Position numbers and translations under genes: made by a program. A DNA stretch of 64,000 nucleotides from Owenia fusiformis (taxonomy: Eukaryota). The notes beneath the pieces were generated by a model. The model did not search any database. It was not told where the DNA came from and saw nothing but the letters and a program-made list of their open reading frames with translations. Positions 40,101 to 51,400 of this stretch are shown here, piece after piece (the stretch's first letter is position 1; each line of letters opens with the position of its first letter). The stretch spans positions 41,850,001 through 41,914,000 of the forward strand of contig CAIIXF020000001.1 of NCBI GenBank assembly GCA_903813345.2, written 5' to 3'.

Positions 40101-42357
40101 GCAAGGGAGGATAGGCTCCCAGAATGCAACATGACACGTGCCAGCTTTGAAATGCCTCTCCACCATTTTGAAACCTGTCACGAGTAAATAAGGTTAACTG
40201 ATGTTGCATTGTGGGAGTCAATCCTCCTTGGATCACAAACATGGCGATTCATAAAAAAATTTGTTCGATTTGGTAGGGATTTATCCATCATTTGCAGGTA
40301 TGAAGCTTTGGATTCATTTATTGTGCTACTTAAAGTGAACGGGAATTATTTTTCTACCACTTGGGTTACTTAGTTTGCACAAAGCTATCTCTTGGGAGAT
40401 AGCTTTGCATATCTTGACATACCAAGTCCATGTTAAAGGTCTTTTACAGAAATGTAAGAAATCGTTGGAACACTTACACTACTTCAATTGATGTATAACA
40501 TCATAAAATATCGGTTTAATATTCGTAGAACGCTACCTGGGGTCGGGAGACAGTGTAATCGACAAAAAATGTATTTGGAACTTGTTATATCCATGACGTC
40601 TGACCAGGAAGTCTTGCAAATGCGCATGCGTGTAAGCGGAAATCTCATGGCATGGAAGTGCATGCGCATTACCAAACTTCCTGAGAAGCCATCTTGGAAA
40701 TTATCGACTCTTCAACATTTTTTGTCAATTACGCTGTCTCCCGACTCCGGATAGCCCGATATGGTTAGAAAAACTTTATTTTAGAATGTTATGCATCGAT
40801 TGAAGTAGTTTCCAAGATTTCCACATGCTATCTATTGCAAGACTTACGCCTGCCACAACCGTCACCATGTTAATCAGTGTTTTTTAAGTAGCGCAAGGAT
40901 CCTGCCATGACCGTGGTAGTGTTATCGTGTAAGCCTGGTATAACCGTGACAGGCTGGTATAACCGTGACAATGCTGTATTCTATTGCAAGGCCTGTCATG
41001 ACCCTGGAAGTGTTATCGTGGAAGCCTGGCGCGACCGTAGCCTTTATTGTGGTTTATAAGCGAATGTGAATATTGATGTATAGTAGTAATTTTGATTTTG
41101 ACATGATTAAGGTAGTTAAACACCATGATCATAGTATTAAACTGTTTAATTGTAATGAGGATCACTTAAAATTGTTAAGGATATTCCTGGCATTAATGTC
41201 ATACATATTTACTAGTCATTGCAATACATTATAACGGTCATAGTAGAACTAAGCCTAAATCTCTATATTACCACCCTCATACCTGGCCTTGCAATACTAT
41301 ATTACATTGTCACGGTCATACCAGGCTTTGCGATCCCATAATACATTGTCATGGTCATGCCAGGTTTTCAAATACACATTGTCACGGTCAATTATAGCAA
41401 TCATAAATTTCTACATCACCACTCTCATACCCGAACTTGGAATACTATATCACATTGCCATGGCGGTCATACCAAGCCTTGCAATACTATATTACATTGC
41501 CATGGTCATGCCAGGCTTTGCAATACACATTGTCACGGTTATAGCAGTCCTAATCGTAAATTTCTACATTACCACTCTCATACCTGAACTTGCAATACTA
41601 TATTACATTGTCACGGTCATGCCAGGCTTTGCAGTACTATATTACATTGTTACGGTCATACCAAGCCTTGCAGAACTATATTACATTGTCACGGTCATGG
41701 CAGGCATTGCAATATAATACAGCATTGTCGCGGTTATACCAGGCTTTCACGATAACATTACCACGGTCATGGCAGGATCCTTGCGCTACTTAAAAAACAC
41801 TGAATAACATGGTGACGGTTACGCCAGGCGTTAGTCTTGCAACAGATAGGGTCTCAAGATTTCTTACATATTTCCAAAATACCTTTATAAAGGACTGTGA
41901 ATATTGAGTTTTGCATAGCCATCTATCTAAAAGATGGTTATGTGCAAATATAGTTACACTTGGGAGAGTTTGAGACACGAAACTTAGAATTTAGCTCACT
42001 GTGACAACTTTTGATGGTTGAGGTTTAGTTTTGTCCCCCAATTTATATACAGTGCAAACGAGAAATTTATGTGCACAAAATATCGCCGAGATTTCCATGC
42101 GAAAAGTATTAATCATAACAGACCGAATATTATATTCGGTCTGTTGGATACATACTGTAACTTGTGAACATTCATGATCATCACGATGACATATTTTTAT
42201 TTTCAAGACCGATAATTAAATCTATTCAAACCAACTCTAGATCTATTTAAAAACTCATATGAGAGTAATTTAAGTATCGATTTATATAGTGTTGTTAGTG
42301 AATACTAACCTTTGACGATGGTACGACCGTAATCTTCTTAAAATTGTAGTGAGACAT
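31138..42357 (-). CDS. GTPBP4: Nucleolar GTP-binding protein 1 (NOG1/GTPBP4), 14 exons, 637 aa
   Basis: Exons (minus): 42357-42310, 39773-39603, 39369-39266, 38791-38708, 38321-38168, 35936-35844, 35695-35438, 34788-34699, 34270-34160, 33813-33580, 33108-32996, 32748-32595, 32158-32015, 31293-31138. All introns are GT-AG, the frame is continuous, and the total is 1914 nt. N-term [33 protein letters not shown]1 GFPNVGKS, G2 YAFTT, G3 DTPG, G4 NKID, C-term [17 protein letters not shown]. Confidence 0.97.
31529..31912 (+). mobile_element. Helentron/HINE (DINE-1-like) element in the last GTPBP4 intron
   Basis: The 5' ATGTCACCACC has an adjacent inverted copy GTGGTGACAT. The 3' subterminal GGTGGTGACAT is followed by CTTGTTTTT. 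Both ends sit in T-runs and the interior has TTTGACCT...AGGTCAAA repeats. Confidence 0.7.
32435..32572. repeat. Short degenerate tandem repeat (CTTTTCATTGTGATTTACTTAATAT core), about 5 copies
   Basis: Directly visible repeats next to the donor of GTPBP4 exon 12. Confidence 0.75.
36240..38149. repeat. 31-bp minisatellite, about 61 copies, in GTPBP4 intron 5
   Basis: The unit is CTCTTGTGAAATCATTATACTAAGAGCA(T/C)GA, period 31 (36301 to 36332). Confidence 0.97.
40437..41884. mobile_element. TTAA-flanked (Kolobok-like) element whose right TIR is interrupted by a second element
   Basis: The left end TTAA|AGGTCTTTTACAGAAATGTAAGAAATC...CTACTTCAATTGATGTATAACATCATAAAATA matches, in inverted orientation, 40778-40826 and 41855-41884 (GATTTCTTACATATTTCCAAAATACCT). 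The right flank reads TTAT. Confidence 0.55.
40828..41849. mobile_element. Foldback-type element with long TIRs built partly from 39-bp subrepeats
   Basis: 40828-~41035 is the inverted counterpart of ~41640-41849 (e.g. AACCGTCACCATGTTAATCAGTGTTTTTTAAGTAGCGCAAGGATCCTGCCATGACCGTGGTA). The 39-bp unit CCAGGCTTTGCAATACTATATTACATTGTCACGGTCATG is tandemly repeated at 41280-41760. Confidence 0.8.
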
Positions 42358-42444
42358 TTTTCCGAAATTTCACATGTGGCGGAAGTACTTTAAAATGTCA
42401 CGAGCTTTACGGACTGAATAAATCACTTCTTTTATTTTGTTTAG
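42358..42444 (-). promoter_or_regulatory. GTPBP4 5'UTR/proximal promoter (the only unique sequence before the array)
   Basis: E-box-like CACATGTG (42371-42378) and ETS-type GCGGAAGT (42379-42386) lie directly upstream of the ATG. Confidence 0.5.
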
Positions 42445-45400
42445 GTAGAAAGCAACTTACTTTTTCACCCATTGGAATACATGTAAAATTGGCAAAGTTC
42501 AAATCATAATTTCTCAAATCCCAGCCCATCGAATCCTCACATCCATTCAGATCATGTAGTCCTATTCAAAAACTTCCCGTTCGGTTATATGGTGAAAAAA
42601 ATATCCCACGAACGAAAAAAGATTTTGCTACATTTATAAGCGAGCATTGATTTCTGGGCCTGTAAAAAGCACGTAGGACCTGATTACCCCATTGATTTAC
42701 TGAGACCGCCAAAAATTTAATTCAATTTTTTGGTTCAAAATAATAATCTGTCAGCGGTCCCTGACACTCCTACTAGCTATCACCAAACATTAATTGCCAA
42801 TACATGTACACATATACGTGCCATACATCTACAAAGTAGCGAACTAGTGTATTAAGTACTACTTTTCCTATACGATGAGCAAAACAAATCTCAAGTAGGT
42901 TATATTGACCCTATTAGTGTCATGGTTGACTGAATATGCATTTTATTCAATATGAATTTTAAAGTTCGGGGTTTTATGAAGTGATATGTACATTTTTGCT
43001 CAAATCCCCTCAGCACTTTTGATTCTATAGGGTTCTCTTGACCCCTGGGGTCATTATATTTTGTGACAATTTATTCCAGACTAAATGTAGTTATTTTGTC
43101 ATTAAAATATCTTATTAGAGAAACGTTCAGGAAAAGTTGCGCTATCCACAAGACTTCTTGTCACTGCACTGATAAATGTAGCAAAATAGTCAAAATAATT
43201 CAGCCTTGAGCATGAAATTTTTGAATTTTTGGACAAATTTTGGGCTATTTTGGGGGATTTTTGCCCATAACGATACTAATCTACTTAAAACAGCTGTTTA
43301 AAGTTGTACAAATTGCTTAAGTGATTTATATTCTCTCATAAGTAGGACTATTTGCTACTTTACTAAACTGAACATCATTGATTTTTCGTTTTTCATGAAC
43401 TTCTGATGGCTAGTTCAAGTAGCATTGTCTTTTGTGCAGGTTTACTGAATACGTCCCTTTAAAATTGGGTCTTTCGTGGGTTTAAAGGGTCAAAATGTTG
43501 GAACTTTGCACACTGTGGAACGTTTGGGGTGTGTTTCCTTTAATTTGGCAAGAACTGCATCAAATTACTTGATAAGAGAGCAGAAATGTAGCAACTTAGG
43601 CTGAAAAGTACTGTTTTCAATGAAAAAACGAAAATTGCTGACTCAGCAAAATTTAGATCGTCGTCTCCAGAATTTTAGGGGTTAATTTGCAAAACTTTAA
43701 ATGGTCCCATAGAAACATATGCGAAATATGGCTAAATTCGACATATTTCTCGAAATTCACTAATAAATGTGGTTGATATTAGGTAGAAAGCAACTTACTT
43801 TTTCACCCATTGGAATACATGTAAAATTGGCAAAGTTCAAATCATAATTTCTCAAATCCCAGCCCATCGAATCCTCACATCCATTCAGATCATGTAGTCC
43901 TATTCAAAAACTTCCCGTTCGGTTATATGGTGAAAAAAATATCCCACGAACGAAAAAAGATTTTGCTACATTTATAAGCGAGCATTGATTTCTGGGCCTG
44001 TAAAAAGCACGTAGGACCTGATTACCCCATTGATTTACTGAGACCGCCAAAAATTTAATTCAATTTTTTGGTTCAAAATAATAATCTGTCAGCGGTCCCT
44101 GACACTCCTACTAGCTATCACCAAACATTAATTGCCAATACATGTACACATATACGTGCCATACATCTACAAAGTAGCGAACTAGTGTATTAAGTACTAC
44201 TTTTCCTATACGATGAGCAAAACAAATCTCAAGTAGGTTATATTGACCCTATTAGTGTCATGGTTGACTGAATATGCATTTTATTCAATATGAATTTTAA
44301 AGTTCGGGGTTTTATGAAGTGATATGTACATTTTTGCTCAAATCCCCTCAGCACTTTTGATTCTATAGGGTTCTCTTGACCCCTGGGGTCATTATATTTT
44401 GTGACAATTTATTCCAGACTAAATGTAGTTATTTTGTCATTAAAATATCTTATTAGAGAAACGTTCAGGAAAAGTTGCGCTATCCACAAGACTTCTTGTC
44501 ACTGCACTGATAAATGTAGCAAAATAGTCAAAATAATTCAGCCTTGAGCATGAAATTTTTGAATTTTTGGACAAATTTTGGGCTATTTTGGGGGATTTTT
44601 GCCCATAACGATACTAATCTACTTAAAACAGCTGTTTAAAGTTGTACAAATTGCTTAAGTGATTTATATTCTCTCATAAGTAGGACTATTTGCTACTTTA
44701 CTAAACTGAACATCATTGATTTTTCGTTTTTCATGAACTTCTGATGGCTAGTTCAAGTAGCATTGTCTTTTGTGCAGGTTTACTGAATACGTCCCTTTAA
44801 AATTGGGTCTTTCGTGGGTTTAAAGGGTCAAAATGTTGGAACTTTGCACACTGTGGAACGTTTGGGGTGTGTTTCCTTTAATTTGGCAAGAACTGCATCA
44901 AATTACTTGATAAGAGAGCAGAAATGTAGCAACTTAGGCTGAAAAGTACTGTTTTCAATGAAAAAACGAAAATTGCTGACTCAGCAAAATTTAGATCGTC
45001 GTCTCCAGAATTTTAGGGGTTAATTTGCAAAACTTTAAATGGTCCCATAGAAACATATGCGAAATATGGCTAAATTCGACATATTTCTCGAAATTCACTA
45101 ATAAATGTGGTTGATATTAGTGTCATGGTTGACTGAATATGCATTTTATTCAATATGAATTTTAAAGTTCGGGGTTTTATGAAGTGATATGTACATTTTT
45201 GCTCAAATCCCCTCAGCACTTTTGATTCTATAGGGTTCTCTTGACCCCTGGGGTCATTATATTTTGTGACAATTTATTCCAGACTAAATGTAGTTATTTT
45301 GTCATTAAAATATCTTATTAGAGAAACGTTCAGGAAAAGTTGCGCTATCCACAAGACTTCTTGTCACTGCACTGATAAATGTAGCAAAATAGTCAAAATA

Positions 45401-48400
45401 ATTCAGCCTTGAGCATGAAATTTTTGAATTTTTGGACAAATTTTGGGCTATTTTGGGGGATTTTTGCCCATAACGATACTAATCTACTTAAAACAGCTGT
45501 TTAAAGTTGTACAAATTGCTTAAGTGATTTATATTCTCTCATAAGTAGGACTATTTGCTACTTTACTAAACTGAACATCATTGATTTTTCGTTTTTCATG
45601 AACTTCTGATGGCTAGTTCAAGTAGCATTGTCTTTTGTGCAGGTTTACTGAATACGTCCCTTTAAAATTGGGTCTTTCGTGGGTTTAAAGGGTCAAAATG
45701 TTGGAACTTTGCACACTGTGGAACGTTTGGGGTGTGTTTCCTTTAATTTGGCAAGAACTGCATCAAATTACTTGATAAGAGAGCAGAAATGTAGCAACTT
45801 AGGCTGAAAAGTACTGTTTTCAATGAAAAAACGAAAATTGCTGACTCAGCAAAATTTAGATCGTCGTCTCCAGAATTTTAGGGGTTAATTTGCAAAACTT
45901 TAAATGGTCCCATAGAAACATATGCGAAATATGGCTAAATTCGACATATTTCTCGAAATTCACTAATAAATGTGGTTGATATTAGTGTCATGGTTGACTG
46001 AATATGCATTTTATTCAATATGAATTTTAAAGTTCGGGGTTTTATGAAGTGATATGTACATTTTTGCTCAAATCCCCTCAGCACTTTTGATTCTATAGGG
46101 TTCTCTTGACCCCTGGGGTCATTATATTTTGTGACAATTTATTCCAGACTAAATGTAGTTATTTTGTCATTAAAATATCTTATTAGAGAAACGTTCAGGA
46201 AAAGTTGCGCTATCCACAAGACTTCTTGTCACTGCACTGATAAATGTAGCAAAATAGTCAAAATAATTCAGCCTTGAGCATGAAATTTTTGAATTTTTGG
46301 ACAAATTTTGGGCTATTTTGGGGGATTTTTGCCCATAACGATACTAATCTACTTAAAACAGCTGTTTAAAGTTGTACAAATTGCTTAAGTGATTTATATT
46401 CTCTCATAAGTAGGACTATTTGCTACTTTACTAAACTGAACATCATTGATTTTTCGTTTTTCATGAACTTCTGATGGCTAGTTCAAGTAGCATTGTCTTT
46501 TGTGCAGGTTTACTGAATACGTCCCTTTAAAATTGGGTCTTTCGTGGGTTTAAAGGGTCAAAATGTTGGAACTTTGCACACTGTGGAACGTTTGGGGTGT
46601 GTTTCCTTTAATTTGGCAAGAACTGCATCAAATTACTTGATAAGAGAGCAGAAATGTAGCAACTTAGGCTGAAAAGTACTGTTTTCAATGAAAAAACGAA
46701 AATTGCTGACTCAGCAAAATTTAGATCGTCGTCTCCAGAATTTTAGGGGTTAATTTGCAAAACTTTAAATGGTCCCATAGAAACATATGCGAAATATGGC
46801 TAAATTCGACATATTTCTCGAAATTCACTAATAAATGTGGTTGATATTAGTGTCATGGTTGACTGAATATGCATTTTATTCAATATGAATTTTAAAGTTC
46901 GGGGTTTTATGAAGTGATATGTACATTTTTGCTCAAATCCCCTCAGCACTTTTGATTCTATAGGGTTCTCTTGACCCCTGGGGTCATTATATTTTGTGAC
47001 AATTTATTCCAGACTAAATGTAGTTATTTTGTCATTAAAATATCTTATTAGAGAAACGTTCAGGAAAAGTTGCGCTATCCACAAGACTTCTTGTCACTGC
47101 ACTGATAAATGTAGCAAAATAGTCAAAATAATTCAGCCTTGAGCATGAAATTTTTGAATTTTTGGACAAATTTTGGGCTATTTTGGGGGATTTTTGCCCA
47201 TAACGATACTAATCTACTTAAAACAGCTGTTTAAAGTTGTACAAATTGCTTAAGTGATTTATATTCTCTCATAAGTAGGACTATTTGCTACTTTACTAAA
47301 CTGAACATCATTGATTTTTCGTTTTTCATGAACTTCTGATGGCTAGTTCAAGTAGCATTGTCTTTTGTGCAGGTTTACTGAATACGTCCCTTTAAAATTG
47401 GGTCTTTCGTGGGTTTAAAGGGTCAAAATGTTGGAACTTTGCACACTGTGGAACGTTTGGGGTGTGTTTCCTTTAATTTGGCAAGAACTGCATCAAATTA
47501 CTTGATAAGAGAGCAGAAATGTAGCAACTTAGGCTGAAAAGTACTGTTTTCAATGAAAAAACGAAAATTGCTGACTCAGCAAAATTTAGATCGTCGTCTC
47601 CAGAATTTTAGGGGTTAATTTGCAAAACTTTAAATGGTCCCATAGAAACATATGCGAAATATGGCTAAATTCGACATATTTCTCGAAATTCACTAATAAA
47701 TGTGGTTGATATTAGGTAGAAAGCAACTTACTTTTTCACCCATTGGAATACATGTAAAATTGGCAAAGTTCAAATCATAATTTCTCAAATCCCAGCCCAT
47801 CGAATCCTCACATCCATTCAGATCATGTAGTCCTATTCAAAAACTTCCCGTTCGGTTATATGGTGAAAAAAATATCCCACGAACGAAAAAAGATTTTGCT
47901 ACATTTATAAGCGAGCATTGATTTCTGGGCCTGTAAAAAGCACGTAGGACCTGATTACCCCATTGATTTACTGAGACCGCCAAAAATTTAATTCAATTTT
48001 TTGGTTCAAAATAATAATCTGTCAGCGGTCCCTGACACTCCTACTAGCTATCACCAAACATTAATTGCCAATACATGTACACATATACGTGCCATACATC
48101 TACAAAGTAGCGAACTAGTGTATTAAGTACTACTTTTCCTATACGATGAGCAAAACAAATCTCAAGTAGGTTATATTGACCCTATTAGTGTCATGGTTGA
48201 CTGAATATGCATTTTATTCAATATGAATTTTAAAGTTCGGGGTTTTATGAAGTGATATGTACATTTTTGCTCAAATCCCCTCAGCACTTTTGATTCTATA
48301 GGGTTCTCTTGACCCCTGGGGTCATTATATTTTGTGACAATTTATTCCAGACTAAATGTAGTTATTTTGTCATTAAAATATCTTATTAGAGAAACGTTCA

Positions 48401-51400
48401 GGAAAAGTTGCGCTATCCACAAGACTTCTTGTCACTGCACTGATAAATGTAGCAAAATAGTCAAAATAATTCAGCCTTGAGCATGAAATTTTTGAATTTT
48501 TGGACAAATTTTGGGCTATTTTGGGGGATTTTTGCCCATAACGATACTAATCTACTTAAAACAGCTGTTTAAAGTTGTACAAATTGCTTAAGTGATTTAT
48601 ATTCTCTCATAAGTAGGACTATTTGCTACTTTACTAAACTGAACATCATTGATTTTTCGTTTTTCATGAACTTCTGATGGCTAGTTCAAGTAGCATTGTC
48701 TTTTGTGCAGGTTTACTGAATACGTCCCTTTAAAATTGGGTCTTTCGTGGGTTTAAAGGGTCAAAATGTTGGAACTTTGCACACTGTGGAACGTTTGGGG
48801 TGTGTTTCCTTTAATTTGGCAAGAACTGCATCAAATTACTTGATAAGAGAGCAGAAATGTAGCAACTTAGGCTGAAAAGTACTGTTTTCAATGAAAAAAC
48901 GAAAATTGCTGACTCAGCAAAATTTAGATCGTCGTCTCCAGAATTTTAGGGGTTAATTTGCAAAACTTTAAATGGTCCCATAGAAACATATGCGAAATAT
49001 GGCTAAATTCGACATATTTCTCGAAATTCACTAATAAATGTGGTTGATATTAGTGTCATGGTTGACTGAATATGCATTTTATTCAATATGAATTTTAAAG
49101 TTCGGGGTTTTATGAAGTGATATGTACATTTTTGCTCAAATCCCCTCAGCACTTTTGATTCTATAGGGTTCTCTTGACCCCTGGGGTCATTATATTTTGT
49201 GACAATTTATTCCAGACTAAATGTAGTTATTTTGTCATTAAAATATCTTATTAGAGAAACGTTCAGGAAAAGTTGCGCTATCCACAAGACTTCTTGTCAC
49301 TGCACTGATAAATGTAGCAAAATAGTCAAAATAATTCAGCCTTGAGCATGAAATTTTTGAATTTTTGGACAAATTTTGGGCTATTTTGGGGGATTTTTGC
49401 CCATAACGATACTAATCTACTTAAAACAGCTGTTTAAAGTTGTACAAATTGCTTAAGTGATTTATATTCTCTCATAAGTAGGACTATTTGCTACTTTACT
49501 AAACTGAACATCATTGATTTTTCGTTTTTCATGAACTTCTGATGGCTAGTTCAAGTAGCATTGTCTTTTGTGCAGGTTTACTGAATACGTCCCTTTAAAA
49601 TTGGGTCTTTCGTGGGTTTAAAGGGTCAAAATGTTGGAACTTTGCACACTGTGGAACGTTTGGGGTGTGTTTCCTTTAATTTGGCAAGAACTGCATCAAA
49701 TTACTTGATAAGAGAGCAGAAATGTAGCAACTTAGGCTGAAAAGTACTGTTTTCAATGAAAAAACGAAAATTGCTGACTCAGCAAAATTTAGATCGTCGT
49801 CTCCAGAATTTTAGGGGTTAATTTGCAAAACTTTAAATGGTCCCATAGAAACATATGCGAAATATGGCTAAATTCGACATATTTCTCGAAATTCACTAAT
49901 AAATGTGGTTGATATTAGTGTCATGGTTGACTGAATATGCATTTTATTCAATATGAATTTTAAAGTTCGGGGTTTTATGAAGTGATATGTACATTTTTGC
50001 TCAAATCCCCTCAGCACTTTTGATTCTATAGGGTTCTCTTGACCCCTGGGGTCATTATATTTTGTGACAATTTATTCCAGACTAAATGTAGTTATTTTGT
50101 CATTAAAATATCTTATTAGAGAAACGTTCAGGAAAAGTTGCGCTATCCACAAGACTTCTTGTCACTGCACTGATAAATGTAGCAAAATAGTCAAAATAAT
50201 TCAGCCTTGAGCATGAAATTTTTGAATTTTTGGACAAATTTTGGGCTATTTTGGGGGATTTTTGCCCATAACGATACTAATCTACTTAAAACAGCTGTTT
50301 AAAGTTGTACAAATTGCTTAAGTGATTTATATTCTCTCATAAGTAGGACTATTTGCTACTTTACTAAACTGAACATCATTGATTTTTCGTTTTTCATGAA
50401 CTTCTGATGGCTAGTTCAAGTAGCATTGTCTTTTGTGCAGGTTTACTGAATACGTCCCTTTAAAATTGGGTCTTTCGTGGGTTTAAAGGGTCAAAATGTT
50501 GGAACTTTGCACACTGTGGAACGTTTGGGGTGTGTTTCCTTTAATTTGGCAAGAACTGCATCAAATTACTTGATAAGAGAGCAGAAATGTAGCAACTTAG
50601 GCTGAAAAGTACTGTTTTCAATGAAAAAACGAAAATTGCTGACTCAGCAAAATTTAGATCGTCGTCTCCAGAATTTTAGGGGTTAATTTGCAAAACTTTA
50701 AATGGTCCCATAGAAACATATGCGAAATATGGCTAAATTCGACATATTTCTCGAAATTCACTAATAAATGTGGTTGATATTAGGTAGAAAGCAACTTACT
50801 TTTTCACCCATTGGAATACATGTAAAATTGGCAAAGTTCAAATCATAATTTCTCAAATCCCAGCCCATCGAATCCTCACATCCATTCAGATCATGTAGTC
50901 CTATTCAAAAACTTCCCGTTCGGTTATATGGTGAAAAAAATATCCCACGAACGAAAAAAGATTTTGCTACATTTATAAGCGAGCATTGATTTCTGGGCCT
51001 GTAAAAAGCACGTAGGACCTGATTACCCCATTGATTTACTGAGACCGCCAAAAATTTAATTCAATTTTTTGGTTCAAAATAATAATCTGTCAGCGGTCCC
51101 TGACACTCCTACTAGCTATCACCAAACATTAATTGCCAATACATGTACACATATACGTGCCATACATCTACAAAGTAGCGAACTAGTGTATTAAGTACTA
51201 CTTTTCCTATACGATGAGCAAAACAAATCTCAAGTAGGTTATATTGACCCTATTAGTGTCATGGTTGACTGAATATGCATTTTATTCAATATGAATTTTA
51301 AAGTTCGGGGTTTTATGAAGTGATATGTACATTTTTGCTCAAATCCCCTCAGCACTTTTGATTCTATAGGGTTCTCTTGACCCCTGGGGTCATTATATTT

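Noticed and set aside
41289..41793. ORFs with 13-aa periodicity
   Set aside because: They are translations of the 39-bp subrepeats of the foldback element.
42445..43782. RNA gene or hammerhead ribozyme (retrozyme) inside the macrosatellite unit
   Set aside because: I found no CTGANGA...GAAA core, 5S, tRNA, snRNA or SL signature on either strand. The AATTTTTTGG Sm-like word is just one arm of a local inverted repeat.
43774..43782. TGATATTAG resembling the CRESS-virus nonanucleotide TAATATTAC
   Set aside because: It has two mismatches, lies mostly in the stem rather than the loop, and there is no Rep ORF.
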